A stretch of DNA of 64,000 bases, taken from the NCBI GenBank assembly GCA_015067315.1, contig SVMR01000009.1, forward strand, positions 16,815 to 80,814, in the 5' to 3' direction. The notes below the pieces were generated by a model. That model had not been told where the DNA came from. It ran no database searches and was given only the letters and a program-made list of their open reading frames with translations. The translations under genes were made by a program, and so were the position numbers. Position 1 is the stretch's first letter, and each line of letters starts with the position of its first letter. Below, piece by piece: positions 1 to 9,542 of the stretch. This DNA comes from Oscillospiraceae bacterium (GTDB lineage Bacteria; Bacillota; Clostridia; Oscillospirales; Ruminococcaceae).

Positions 1-5
1 CTTTT

Positions 6-878
6 TTATTCCTTGCTCCAGATTGCGGAGGAACCGCAGGGAAGAGCCATTCCGCTTGCGGTTGCCGGAAGTCCGATTTCTTCCGCGGAAACTTTTCCGC
101 CGAATTTTTTCATCGCGCTTCCGAGAACGTATGCCATGGTTGAAGCGGAAAGTCCGGTTGTGTAGGAATTGAGAAGAACGAAAAGCGGTTCTTCGGTAAG
201 TACTTCAGAAACGAGGCTTACAAGTTCAAAAACATGTTCCTCAAGCTTCCATACTTCGCCGCCGGGACCTCTTCCATAGGAAGGCGGATCGAGGATTACG
301 GCGTCATATTTGCTTCCGCGGCGGATTTCCCTTTCAACAAATTTTTTGCAGTCGTCCACTATCCAGCGGACAGGTTTTCCCGAAAGTCCGGAAAGTTCGG
401 CGTTTTCCCTTGCCCAATGGACCATTCCTTTTGCCGCATCCACATGGCAGACGGAAGCTCCCGCGGAAGCCGCCGCAATGGTTGCGCCGCCGGTGTATGC
501 AAAAAGGTTGAGAACTCGGATTTCTCTGCCTTCGGATTTTGCTTCTTTTATTTTTTCAATCATCATATCCCAGTTGACGGCCTGTTCCGGAAAAAGTCCG
601 GTGTGCTTAAAACCTGTGGGGCTGATTTTGAAGGTAAGGTCTTTATAATTTATCTTCCAGAATTCCGGAAGTTCTCTGCGGTATTCCCAATGTCCGCCGC
701 CCTGGGATGAACGGACGTATCTTGCGTCCGCGTGTTTCCACATGGGATGTTCCTTCGGGGTGTTCCAAATAACCTGGGGGTCGGGTCTTATAAGAATGAC
801 TTTTCCCCAGCGTTCAAGTCTTTCGCCTTCGGAACAATCGAGGAGTTCATAATCTTTCCAGTCTTTTGTGTATCTCAT
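6..878 (-). CDS. class I SAM-dependent methyltransferase (RlmI-like catalytic domain, no PUA domain)
   Basis: 290-aa ORF. SAM-binding loop LNLFAYTGGATIAAA and catalytic-type motif ILDPPSYGRG. Same strand as glmM, 12-nt gap. Confidence 0.7.
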   Translation of the reverse strand: MRYTKDWKDYELLDCSEGERLERWGKVILIRPDPQVIWNTPKEHPMWKHADARYVRSSQGGGHWEYRRELPEFWKINYKDLTFKISPTGFKHTGLFPEQAVNWDMMIEKIKEAKSEGREIRVLNLFAYTGGATIAAASAGASVCHVDAAKGMVHWARENAELSGLSGKPVRWIVDDCKKFVEREIRRGSKYDAVILDPPSYGRGPGGEVWKLEEHVFELVSLVSEVLTEEPLFVLLNSYTTGLSASTMAYVLGSAMKKFGGKVSAEEIGLPATASGMALPCGSSAIWSKE

Positions 879-890
879 TTTTCAAAAACC

Positions 891-2234
891 TCAGTTCAAA
901 AGATTCTTAAGCGTTTCGGCGCATTCAAGAACAAGAGCGTTTATTTTTTCCTGTTCCCTGCCTTCAATCATAATTCTGATAAGCGGTTCCGTTCCGGAAG
1001 GACGGACAAGAATTCTTCCGTCGCCGTCAAGACGCGCCGTTTCAATATCAAGATAGCTTTTTACTTCGGCGTCGTTCAGTTTTGCCTTCATCTCCGGAGT
1101 TGCCTCAATGTTCACCATAACCTGGGGATAAACTGTCATTACTTTTTTGAGTTCGGAAGCTTTTTTTCCGGAAAGCTTCATGCTTTCGATAAGCATAAGG
1201 GCGGAAAGTTCGCCGTCGCCGGTTGTCATATATTCCGGAATAATGATATGTCCGCTCTGTTCGCCGCCAAGGGAAGCTTTGAGTTTAAGAAGCGTTTCAA
1301 GAACGTATCTGTCGCCGACTTTTGTTGGATAGCAGCTTATTCCGTTTTCTTCGGCGAATTTGAAAAGTCCCATATTGCTCATAATGGTCGGAATAAGGGT
1401 GTTTTTATTAAGTCTTCCCTCTTCCATGAATCTTTTTGCAAGAATCGCCATAAGCATATCGCCGTCGATAAGTTCGCCGTTTTCATCAACCGCAAGGCAT
1501 CTGTCCGCGTCGCCGTCGAAGGCAACTCCGATATCAAAACCGTTTTCTTTAACGTATTTTCCGAGAGCATCGATATGGAGGGAACCGCAGTTTTTGTTTA
1601 CGTTTGTTCCGTCCGGTTCGCAGTTGAGGAAAGTTGCTTCTGCGCCGGCTTTTTCAAAAATTTTCTTTGCGGTTTTATATGAAGCGCCGTTCGCGCAGTC
1701 AACGGCGATTTTTATTCCGGAAAGATTGCCCACCGTTGAAGCGATATGCTCCGTATAAAGTTCCGCCGCTTCGGTATTATGTCCGATTCTTCCGATTTCT
1801 TCGGCGGAGGCAAGGGCAATTTCCTCGCTTTTATCGAGGACAATGCTTTCGATTCTTTCTTCCTGTTCGTCGGTAAGCTTAAAGCCGGTGGAACCGAAAT
1901 ATTTGATTCCGTTATATTCAAAAGGGTTATGGCTTGCGGTTATCATAACGCCGCCGGAAACCCCGAGTTTTGTTACAAGATAGGCAACTGCCGGGGTAGG
2001 AATGATTCCGAGAAGTTCAACGTCGCATCCGACGGAGGAAAGTCCCGCGGCAACCGCCGATTCAAGCATTGTTCCGGAAAGGCGGGTATCCCTTCCGACA
2101 ATGACCTTCGGTTTTCCTTCCGTTTCGTTTTTTATAATCATTCCCGCGGCGCGGGAAATTGCAAGAGCAAGTTCCACATCAAGTTTTTCGTTCGCAATTC
2201 CACGAACACCGTCTGTTCCGAAAATTCTTCCCAT
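891..2234 (-). CDS. glmM: phosphoglucosamine mutase
   Basis: 447 aa. N-terminus MGRIFGTDGVRG, phosphoserine loop TASHNPFEYNGIK, Mg site FDGDADR. Confidence 0.95.
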   Translation of the reverse strand: MGRIFGTDGVRGIANEKLDVELALAISRAAGMIIKNETEGKPKVIVGRDTRLSGTMLESAVAAGLSSVGCDVELLGIIPTPAVAYLVTKLGVSGGVMITASHNPFEYNGIKYFGSTGFKLTDEQEERIESIVLDKSEEIALASAEEIGRIGHNTEAAELYTEHIASTVGNLSGIKIAVDCANGASYKTAKKIFEKAGAEATFLNCEPDGTNVNKNCGSLHIDALGKYVKENGFDIGVAFDGDADRCLAVDENGELIDGDMLMAILAKRFMEEGRLNKNTLIPTIMSNMGLFKFAEENGISCYPTKVGDRYVLETLLKLKASLGGEQSGHIIIPEYMTTGDGELSALMLIESMKLSGKKASELKKVMTVYPQVMVNIEATPEMKAKLNDAEVKSYLDIETARLDGDGRILVRPSGTEPLIRIMIEGREQEKINALVLECAETLKNLLN

Positions 2235-2238
2235 TGAA

Positions 2239-3297
2239 TCACTCTCCTATTCTCATTTGTTCACATTCGCCGCAGGGCTGTTCCGGCATCATCATTCCGA
2301 GATGTTCATAAGCCAAAGCCGTTGCACAGCGTCCTCTGGGCGTTCTGGTAAGGAAGCCTATCTGCATAAGATAGGGTTCGTAAACGTCTTCAATAGTAAC
2401 GGATTCTTCGCCGGTGGCTGCCGCAAGGGTTTCGAGCCCTACCGGACCTCCGTTATAATTTTTAATCATCATCATAAGAATTCTGCGGTCGATAGCATCA
2501 AGACCGAGTTCATCGACTTCAAGTCTTGAAAGAGCTTCCGCCGCGATTTCCTTTGTTACAATTCCGTTGCCGATAACCTGGGCAAAGTCGCGGATACGCT
2601 TAAGGAATCTGTTGGCGATTCGCGGAGTTCCGCGGCTTCTTCGCGCAAGTTCCATTGCGCCTTCGTGCTCAATTTCAATATTGAGTATTCCGGCGCTTCG
2701 CTCAACGATTCTGCAAAGTTCCTCCGGGGAATAAAGTTCAAGCCTTGCCACAACGCCGAAACGGTCCCGGAGCGGAGCGGAAAGCTGTCCCGCCCTTGTC
2801 GTTGCGCCAACAAGGGTGAAATGGGGAAGGTCAACCCTGATCGAGCGGGCGGAAGGTCCTTTTCCGACGATTATATCAAGGGCATAGTCCTCCATTGCCG
2901 GATAAAGAACTTCCTCAACGCTTCTGTTCATTCTATGAATTTCATCGATGAAAAGTATATCGTTTTCGTTAAGGTTAGTTAAAAGAGCCGCAAGGTCGCC
3001 GGGTCTTTCGATTGCGGGTCCGCTTGTTATACGGAAACCGACGCCCATTTCGTTGGCGATAATTTCGGAAAGGGTTGTTTTTCCAAGTCCGGGAGGACCA
3101 TAGAGAAGAACGTGGTCAAGAGCTTCGCCCCGGCGTTTTGCCGCTTCGATATAAACCGCCATGTTTTCCTTTGCTTTTGTCTGACCGATATATTCGTCAA
3201 GGGTTCGCGGGCGGAGGGAAACTTCGTTTTCCCTGTCCGTTTCCTCATATTCCGGAGCGACTATTCTGTTTTCAAAATCCATCTGGTTGGAAAGCAT
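2239..3297 (-). CDS. ruvB: Holliday junction branch migration DNA helicase RuvB
   Basis: 352 aa. Walker [10 protein letters not shown] and Walker B LFIDEIHR. Follows ruvA. Confidence 0.97.
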   Translation of the reverse strand: MLSNQMDFENRIVAPEYEETDRENEVSLRPRTLDEYIGQTKAKENMAVYIEAAKRRGEALDHVLLYGPPGLGKTTLSEIIANEMGVGFRITSGPAIERPGDLAALLTNLNENDILFIDEIHRMNRSVEEVLYPAMEDYALDIIVGKGPSARSIRVDLPHFTLVGATTRAGQLSAPLRDRFGVVARLELYSPEELCRIVERSAGILNIEIEHEGAMELARRSRGTPRIANRFLKRIRDFAQVIGNGIVTKEIAAEALSRLEVDELGLDAIDRRILMMMIKNYNGGPVGLETLAAATGEESVTIEDVYEPYLMQIGFLTRTPRGRCATALAYEHLGMMMPEQPCGECEQMRIGE

Positions 3298-3312
3298 TTA
3301 AAAAATCACTCC

Positions 3313-3921
3313 TTATCTTTTCATTGCAATGGCTTTAAGCGCCGCTTTTATCATTTCATCAACGGGAAGGCTCTGGTCAAGTTTTCCGATAACCGCCGCG
3401 GCTTCGGAATTCGTATAGCCGAGGCTTACCATTGCGGCGATTGCTTCGCCGGCATTTCCGCCGATTCTTCCGACGGAAACGGAAGGCGCGGAAGAAAAAC
3501 CTTTTGAAACGGAATCATTGGATATTTTGTCGCGAAGTTCAAGAATAATTCTCTGGGCAGCCTTGGGGCCAATTCCTTTTGCCCTGGTGATCGCCTTTGC
3601 GTCGCCGGAAGCAACCGCAAGAGCGAAGGAATCCGGAGTGAATTCCGAAAGAACCGCAAGCGCCGCCTTCGGACCGATTCCGGAAATGGATGTGAGCATA
3701 CGGAAGCAATCCTGCTCGGCTCTGTCATAAAATCCATAGAGGTCGGAACCGGTTTCCTGGTTATATGTCATTGTTGTATAGATGAAAACTTCGCTTCCTT
3801 TCGGAGGAAGGCAGGAAAGGGTCGTTGCGGAAGCCTTGCAGAGATAGCCGACCCCGGCGCATTCCACAACAAAAAATCCTTCTTCAATATGCAAAAGTTT
3901 TCCGTTAAGGCTGTATATCAT
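3313..3921 (-). CDS. ruvA: Holliday junction branch migration protein RuvA
   Basis: 202 aa. Two helix-hairpin-helix motifs (ISGIGPKAALAVL, GIGPKAAQRIILEL). Gene order is ruvC-ruvA-ruvB. Confidence 0.95.
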   Translation of the reverse strand: MIYSLNGKLLHIEEGFFVVECAGVGYLCKASATTLSCLPPKGSEVFIYTTMTYNQETGSDLYGFYDRAEQDCFRMLTSISGIGPKAALAVLSEFTPDSFALAVASGDAKAITRAKGIGPKAAQRIILELRDKISNDSVSKGFSSAPSVSVGRIGGNAGEAIAAMVSLGYTNSEAAAVIGKLDQSLPVDEMIKAALKAIAMKR

Positions 3922-3937
3922 AAATTATCTTCCTTTC

Positions 3938-3985
3938 AGCCTTCCCATTGATGGGAAGGTGTCGCCCAAGGCGACGGATGAGGTT
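3938..3985 (-). repeat. hairpin-repeat family, solo B module (reverse orientation), ruvC-ruvA intercistronic
   Basis: The reverse complement reads aacCTCATCCGTCgcc-ttgg-ggcgaCACCttccc-atcaat-gggaaggct. This is the same layout as the B modules at 14207-14259 and 43878-43932. Confidence 0.8.
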
Positions 3986-4014
3986 TTGAATGCAAAAGCA
4001 TCCGTCATTCCTTT

Positions 4015-4515
4015 TTATAAATCTTTAATCGCTTTTGAAAGGCGCGAACCGTGGCTGTAACCGTGGCAAATCGCCGCCGCCAATGCGTCCGCGGTATCGT
4101 CCGGTTTCGGAACAGCTTCAAGGCGGAGGGTATCGCGCACCATTATCTGAACCTGGTGTTTTTCCGCCCTTCCGTAACCGACGAGGGACTGTTTTATCTG
4201 GAGCGGGGTATATTCAAAAATCGGGATTCCCGCCTGGATTGCCGCAAGAAGGATAACTCCCCTTGCTTCCGCAACGTCGATTGCGGTTTTCTGGTTGCTG
4301 TTGAAATAAAGCCGCTCGATGCTCATGCATTCGGGCTTTGTTTCCGCAATCACTTCTTTTACGGTGTCGTAAATTATCCGGAGCCTTTCTTCAAAAGGCG
4401 TTCCCGCCGGGGTATCAACCGCGCCGAATTTTACCGGATAGAACTTATTTTTAACGTAATCAACAACGCCGACGCCGACTATCGCATAGCCCGGGTCGAT
4501 TCCGATTATCCGCAA
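4015..4515 (-). CDS. ruvC: crossover junction endodeoxyribonuclease RuvC
   Basis: 166 aa. N-terminus MRIIGIDPGYAIVGVGVVD typical of RuvC. First gene of the ruv cluster. Confidence 0.93.
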   Translation of the reverse strand: MRIIGIDPGYAIVGVGVVDYVKNKFYPVKFGAVDTPAGTPFEERLRIIYDTVKEVIAETKPECMSIERLYFNSNQKTAIDVAEARGVILLAAIQAGIPIFEYTPLQIKQSLVGYGRAEKHQVQIMVRDTLRLEAVPKPDDTADALAAAICHGYSHGSRLSKAIKDL

Positions 4516-4688
4516 GCGGTTTCACCTTCTTTACATACTTATCCATTTTGACATTTTATTATATCATACATCTATATATAAGGCAATTATTTTTTATTAA
4601 TTTCCAACAAAAAACGATATGGACAAAAATTCCCTTTTGCGGTAAAATAAACCCGGATTTTATCGTAACAAAGGAGATTTTTTGTAAA

Positions 4689-5225
4689 ATGACCGACGAA
4701 ATGCTCGTTTTCCTCGCAAAAGAGGAAGGTTTTACCAATGCCGCGGTTATCGACACCGCCGAAATCGTTTTTGACGAATCTTTCCGCCCCTATTGCGCGG
4801 AAAATCTTTGCGGAAAATTTGCCGTTAACTATTCCTGCCCGCCGGATTGCGGAACTCCGGAGGAGATGAAAAGCCGCGTTCTTTCCCATAAACACGCCAT
4901 CGTTTTCCAAAGCATCTGGCCAATTTCCGATTACAAGGACGGCGAGGCGATTAAAAAAGCAAAGGGACAGCACAACGCCGCCGGCCTTCGCCTTATGAAG
5001 CGCCTTCGGAAGGAAGGTCACCCCGGTTTTATGATCGGTTCAAGCGGATGCAGCCTCTGCAATCCCTGCGCCATAACCGAAGGAAAACCCTGCAATTTTC
5101 CCGATTTGAAATTTTCCTGCATTTCCGCTTTCTGCATCCACGCAAGAAAGCTTGCGGAAAGCGCCGGAATGGAATATGACGGAAACGGAACCCTTGCACT
5201 TTTCGGACTTTACGTCTGCGATTAA
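4689..5225 (+). CDS. DUF2284-type Cys-rich metal-binding protein
   Basis: The ORF opens at 4548, but the first ATG with coding-like sequence is 4689 (MTDEMLVFLAKEEGF). Cys motif YCAENLCGKFAVNYSCPPDCG is characteristic of DUF2284. Confidence 0.6.
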   Translation: MTDEMLVFLAKEEGFTNAAVIDTAEIVFDESFRPYCAENLCGKFAVNYSCPPDCGTPEEMKSRVLSHKHAIVFQSIWPISDYKDGEAIKKAKGQHNAAGLRLMKRLRKEGHPGFMIGSSGCSLCNPCAITEGKPCNFPDLKFSCISAFCIHARKLAESAGMEYDGNGTLALFGLYVCD

Positions 5226-5268
5226 AAACAAAAAACGGCGGAAGAAATCTTCCGCCGTTTTTTTGTAT

Positions 5269-5673
5269 TCAGATTTTTACCGTGTAATATTTTGCGGTTA
5301 TTTTATCAATATCGAAAACAACGTCGCAGCATTGTTTTATTTTTCCGTTTCCGACGAAAAGTCTGAAACGGTCGTCGCCTTCCCATTCATAGGAAATTGC
5401 CGCATCCTTTTTTGCGAACAGAACAAGCCTGCAGTTTTCTTCGTTACGGTCGGTTTCCGCCTGGATTTTGATGCAGGTAAGACCTTTTGCGGTTTCGGAA
5501 GAACCTATCGAAACCTTCACCCAATTATCGCCGAAAGGAGAATCGAATTCCTCTTCGGCAAAACCGCTTTTCATTTCGCCGGAAATTTTATCAACCGCGG
5601 TTTTTACAGCAATCGCCGCCGCTGTTCCGAGGAAAATTCCCGCCGCAAGACCGAATATTGCTTTCTTTTTCAT
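5269..5673 (-). CDS. hypothetical membrane-anchored protein
   Basis: 134 aa. N-terminal hydrophobic helix MKKKAIFGLAAGIFLGTAAAIAV. No recognisable family. Flanked by a terminator. Confidence 0.5.
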   Translation of the reverse strand: MKKKAIFGLAAGIFLGTAAAIAVKTAVDKISGEMKSGFAEEEFDSPFGDNWVKVSIGSSETAKGLTCIKIQAETDRNEENCRLVLFAKKDAAISYEWEGDDRFRLFVGNGKIKQCCDVVFDIDKITAKYYTVKI

Positions 5674-5693
5674 AATTATCCTCCGTCCGTTTT

Positions 5694-6515
5694 TTATTTT
5701 TCCTTCGCGCAGTCCATATATCTTGCAACGGCGAAACCGCCGGCAAAACAGAGCATTGAAATTATCAGCACCCAGATTCCTTCAAAAGAAGAAGGCAGGA
5801 TTTTAAGCGAAGAAGCAATTACAAATCCGAGAATCACTTTTGACATAACGGGATAATGCTTTGTATAAAGCATTTCGACGACCCTTGCAAGGAGAAGCGC
5901 CGTCGCGCAGATTCCTATTCCGAAAGGAAGAAGAACCTTGAAATCAAGGGAGCCGATGCCGGCGGTCAAAGGTTCAAAAAGTCCGATTATAATAAGAATC
6001 GTTGACGAACTCAGTCCCGGAACAATAAGGCTCAGTCCCCAGAGAACGCCGCAGAGGATATAACTTCCGAAGGAAGGGGCAACCGTTATCGAAAGGCTGT
6101 TTTCAAGAACGTGAAAAAAGAGATATGCAAGGGAAAGAGTTATTACAAAAGGAGTCCAGCTGCTTTTCGGTTCGCTTGTTTCGGAAGATTTGAAAAGTTC
6201 CGGAAGCGTTCCGCAGATAAGTCCGAAGAAAAGCATAAGTGCAACTGTCGGCGAAAGTCCGAAAAGATATTCAACGCCTTTTGCAAGGAAAACAAAACCA
6301 AGCACCCAGCCGATTATGAACGGAACAAACATTTTGTAATGGGTTTTAAAGGTTTTTGCCGGATTCGTAAGAAGAGCCATCATCGGTTCATAAATTCCGA
6401 AAGCGACGCAGAGAACTCCCCCGCTTACTCCCGGAAGAATTGCGCCGACGCCGACTATCGCGCCCTGTATTGCGTACATTATATTTTTAAAAAGCGCGCT
6501 TTGGTTCGTTTTCAT
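5694..6515 (-). CDS. DUF368 family membrane protein
   Basis: 273 aa, polytopic. N-terminal motif GAILPGVSGGVLCVAFGIYE and second repeat IVPGLSSSTILIIIGLFE are typical of DUF368. Confidence 0.8.
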   Translation of the reverse strand: MKTNQSALFKNIMYAIQGAIVGVGAILPGVSGGVLCVAFGIYEPMMALLTNPAKTFKTHYKMFVPFIIGWVLGFVFLAKGVEYLFGLSPTVALMLFFGLICGTLPELFKSSETSEPKSSWTPFVITLSLAYLFFHVLENSLSITVAPSFGSYILCGVLWGLSLIVPGLSSSTILIIIGLFEPLTAGIGSLDFKVLLPFGIGICATALLLARVVEMLYTKHYPVMSKVILGFVIASSLKILPSSFEGIWVLIISMLCFAGGFAVARYMDCAKEK

Positions 6516-6660
6516 TTTTTCACTTCGCTTTCAGTTTTACTGCAAAACGCAATCCGCCTGCGGAATATTTGTATGTATTATATCACAATTTTTCCGATTA
6601 ATCTTTAACAAAAATTAAATTCCGGAAAAATATATTGATAAATTTATTTTTTGCGGTAAA

Positions 6661-6700
6661 AAGGAAAAAGCCCTTTGTCCGAAGGACAAAGGGCTTTTTC
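6661..6700 (-). terminator. rho-independent terminator after tRNA-Val (hairpin usable in both directions)
   Basis: Perfect hairpin agccctttgtcc-gaa-ggacaaagggct flanked by A and T runs. Confidence 0.8.
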
Positions 6701-6703
6701 AAA

Positions 6704-6779
6704 TGGTGGACGGTACAGGACTCGAACCTGTGACCTTCCGCACGTCAAGCGGAAGCTCTACCAGCTGAGCTAACCGTCC
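6704..6779 (-). tRNA. tRNA-Val (anticodon GAC)
   Basis: The reverse complement folds as a cloverleaf. Acceptor is GGACGGT/ACCGTCC. Anticodon stem is TCCGC/GCGGA with loop TTGACGT. T-loop is TTCGAGT. The CCA end is encoded. 76 nt. Confidence 0.92.
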
Positions 6780-6852
6780 ATAGCTGAGCAAGGGTTATTA
6801 TATCAAAATAAAAATAAAATTGCAAGCATTTTTTAAAAAATTTTTCAAAAAT

Positions 6853-7365
6853 TTATTTTCCGCCGGAAAACAAAAATTCCGAAAAGGCAAATTCCGTTTC
6901 ATAAGCCGGGAATTTTGCGCTGATTAAAGAAAAATCCTCCGCCGAAAGAACCGCGGAAAAGTCCTCGCCCTTTGCAAGAAGGTTTCCGTTTTCCGTGCTC
7001 AAAGTAAAATCTTCCGGGTCGGAAAGTTCATCGAAAAGCTTTTCAAGAAGCAGAAAAGGCGTTCCTTCCGGAAGGGAATCCGTTTTTATCTCCTGTTCCA
7101 TTCCGTCATAGCTTATCTTTGCGTGCTCATCAAAAATCTCGATTCCCATTCCTTCGAGCTCCGCGGGATAAGTTACAAAAATGCTGATGCTCATGCTGTT
7201 TTTTGCAATCGTTATTTCCGCTTCGCTGTCGCCGAAAACGGTTCTTGCTTCCGCCGTAAAATCCCCGTTAAAGGCTTTTGCTGCTTCCTGCGGAGTTGCT
7301 TCCGGCGCATTTGAGCACCCGGAAAGCAAAAGAATAAACGCAAAAACAAAAATAATTTTTCTCAT
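6853..7365 (-). CDS. putative lipoprotein
   Basis: 170 aa. Signal peptide with lipobox LLLSGCS. No recognisable family. Confidence 0.6.
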   Translation of the reverse strand: MRKIIFVFAFILLLSGCSNAPEATPQEAAKAFNGDFTAEARTVFGDSEAEITIAKNSMSISIFVTYPAELEGMGIEIFDEHAKISYDGMEQEIKTDSLPEGTPFLLLEKLFDELSDPEDFTLSTENGNLLAKGEDFSAVLSAEDFSLISAKFPAYETEFAFSEFLFSGGK

Positions 7366-7420
7366 TAAAAAACCTCCTTCCTCGGAATAATTTATATCCG
7401 CTTCGGGAGGTTTTTATTCA

Positions 7421-8959
7421 TCAAAGACCTTTTTCCGCAAGGATTTTGCAAAGATAATCCGGAATATCGCTTGGAAGCATTCCGTATTCGGAAAGTTCCT
7501 TTGCCGCTTTGTCCGCCGCAAGTCCGTGAAGATAAACTCCGCACACGGCGCAGGAAGTTCCGATAAATCCCTGTGCCGCAAAGGAAGCGATCATTCCCGC
7601 AAGGCAATCGCCGCTTCCGCCTTTCGAAAGTCCCGGATTTCCGGTGGAGTTGAAATAGATATCGCCGCCCGGTTCCGCAATAACCGTCGTCGCGTCTTTA
7701 AGAACAACGATTGCGCCGTATTTTTTTGCGGTTTCGGAAGCGGTTCCGATACGTTTTTTAACCGTTTCGGCAATGGAGATTCCGCAAAGCCGCGCCATTT
7801 CCCCCATATGCGGAGTTATAATCGGAGTGCGTTTCGCCTTCTTCAGAACTTCCGGGTTTTCGGAAATGCAGTTGAGTCCGTCTGCATCGATCACAACGGG
7901 GCAATCCGCGTTTTCAAGCACAAATTCAACTATTCCGCCGATATCTTTTCCTCTTCCGAGTCCGCATCCCACAAGAACCGAATCAACTTTTCCGAGCATC
8001 GGAAGAATTTTTTCCTTTGCCTCTTCGGAAATTCTTCCTTCTTCGTCCTCCGGAAGAGGAAGGAAAGTTGCTTCCGGAATCCGGGAAGCTATCATCGAAA
8101 CAACTTTTTCCGTTGTCGCAACGGTTGTGATTCCCGCTCCGGATTTCATTGCGCCAAGGGCGGAAAGAACCGCCGCTCCCGGAAAATTTGCCGAACCGGT
8201 TATGCAAAGGAGTTTTCCGTAGGTTCCCTTGTTCGAAAAACGGGGTCTTCTTCTTATCGAAGAAAAAACCATATCCTCGCTTGCAAGGAAGCAGTTTTTC
8301 AGAACCTGTTCCCGGACTTCATGGGGAATTCCGATATCAACAACCTCGGTTTTTCCGCAGAATTCCTTTCCGGGAAGAAGAAGATGTCCCGGTTTTGCCG
8401 CTTCAAAAGCAACGGTGAAATCCGCCCTGATGCTGTTTTTTGCGGCAAGACCCGTTTCCGCGTCAATTCCGCTTGGAATATCAAGGGAGATTTTCACCGC
8501 GATATCGGAATTTATCATCTTCGCGATTTCGTCATAGGGTGCCCGAAATTCACCGGTGAATCCCGTTCCGAAAAGCGCGTCGATTATTATATCCGCGCCG
8601 CCGAGGAATTCTTCGACTTTGCTCCTGTCAAGTTCGATATCAAGCATTGTTATCCCCGCCTGGATAACGCAGTTATACATATATTTTGCTTCGTCGCTTC
8701 GGGGCATTCCGCCGCAAAGAACGACTATTACGTTTGCGCCTTCCTCAAAAAGCTTCCGGGCAACAACCAATCCGTCGCCGCCGTTGTTTCCGCTTCCGCA
8801 AAAAATCATGAAGTTTCTTCCGACGATGTTCGAAAGGGTTCTTCTAATAAAAGCCGCCGCGGCGCAGCCGGCATTTTCCATAAGGCGCTGGTAAGTAACG
8901 CCCATTTCGTCCGAAAGGCGTTCTTCTGTTTTCATCTGTTCAACTGTAAGAATTTTCAT
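7421..8959 (-). CDS. nnr: bifunctional NAD(P)H-hydrate repair enzyme (epimerase / ADP-dependent dehydratase)
   Basis: 512 aa. N-terminal YjeF_N motif GSGNNGGDGLVVAR and C-terminal kinase-fold motif GGSGDCLAGMIA. RBS AAGGAGG. Confidence 0.9.
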   Translation of the reverse strand: MKILTVEQMKTEERLSDEMGVTYQRLMENAGCAAAAFIRRTLSNIVGRNFMIFCGSGNNGGDGLVVARKLFEEGANVIVVLCGGMPRSDEAKYMYNCVIQAGITMLDIELDRSKVEEFLGGADIIIDALFGTGFTGEFRAPYDEIAKMINSDIAVKISLDIPSGIDAETGLAAKNSIRADFTVAFEAAKPGHLLLPGKEFCGKTEVVDIGIPHEVREQVLKNCFLASEDMVFSSIRRRPRFSNKGTYGKLLCITGSANFPGAAVLSALGAMKSGAGITTVATTEKVVSMIASRIPEATFLPLPEDEEGRISEEAKEKILPMLGKVDSVLVGCGLGRGKDIGGIVEFVLENADCPVVIDADGLNCISENPEVLKKAKRTPIITPHMGEMARLCGISIAETVKKRIGTASETAKKYGAIVVLKDATTVIAEPGGDIYFNSTGNPGLSKGGSGDCLAGMIASFAAQGFIGTSCAVCGVYLHGLAADKAAKELSEYGMLPSDIPDYLCKILAEKGL

Positions 8960-8976
8960 GGAGTACCTCCTTATTG

Positions 8977-9087
8977 GCGCCCCTTGTTAAAGGGGAGAGG
9001 GCCACGAAGTGGCGAGGGGATTCTTTTACAAAAAATCCTCCGCCTTCGCCGCAAACGGCGAATCCACCTTTCTTTTGTAAGAGAGGC
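8977..9087 (+). repeat. hairpin-repeat family, short form (R1)
   Basis: Hairpins are cccctt/aagggg, gccac/gtggc, ggggatt/aatcctcc and ttcgccg/cggcgaa, plus a weak fifth. The first 47 nt are identical to 10980-11026. Confidence 0.85.
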
Positions 9088-9103
9088 TTATGGCTTTTTC
9101 TTC

Positions 9104-9131
9104 ATTATACCACCCATTCTTTATTTTTCAA
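9104..9131 (-). promoter_or_regulatory. putative sigma-A promoter for nnr
   Basis: On the minus strand: TTGAAA (9126-9131), 16-nt spacer, TATAAT (9104-9109) preceded by TGg (extended -10). Confidence 0.45.
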
Positions 9132-9143
9132 TCGAAAAAGGGG

Positions 9144-9172
9144 TTGAAAATTGCTTTTAATTATGTTATTAT
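9144..9172 (+). promoter_or_regulatory. putative sigma-A promoter for the pheS T-box leader
   Basis: TTGAAA (9144-9149), 17-nt spacer, TATTAT (9167-9172). Back to back with the nnr promoter. Confidence 0.5.
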
Positions 9173-9179
9173 CTCTTTT

Positions 9180-9475
9180 GTTGTTAATATATTATAACGC
9201 GTTGACCGGGAGAGTAGGTTTTATTTTTCCGAAAAGAGAGGAAAAGCCATCGGGCTGAAAGCTTTTCCGCGGATTAAAATTTTTCCGAAGTTCACCCGCG
9301 AGCGGTTTTGCTGAAAAGATTTTTCCCATTAGGCAAAAACGGGCTGCTCCGTTAAAAGCAATTTAAGTGCCCGGCGGTTTTTTATCGTCGGGAATGCGGG
9401 TGGTACCGCGGAGAATTTTTTTCGTTTATGAGTCTTCGTCCCAAATTTGCGGCTTTTGGGCGGAGCTTTTTTTAT
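9180..9475 (+). promoter_or_regulatory. T-box leader (Phe specifier)
   Basis: Conserved T-box sequence aatgcGGGTGGTACCGCGg at 9393-9411. Stem I elements (gggagagta, agagag). Candidate specifier TTC followed by A at 9291-9294. Terminator-like hairpin plus T run at 9437-9473, directly upstream of pheS. Confidence 0.8.
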
Positions 9476-9542
9476 ATCCGTTTTTGCCGCAGAACCAGCA
9501 AAACGTCATAAACAAATATCATATAAATGGAGTTGAAAAATC

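Noticed and set aside
7526-9160. 544-aa ORF on the plus strand
   Set aside because: It is entirely antisense to nnr in the codon-aligned frame and then runs through repeat R1. The composition is low-complexity (F/R/K/N/S rich) and there is no RBS. It is explained by avoidance of TTA/CTA/TCA codons in the real gene.
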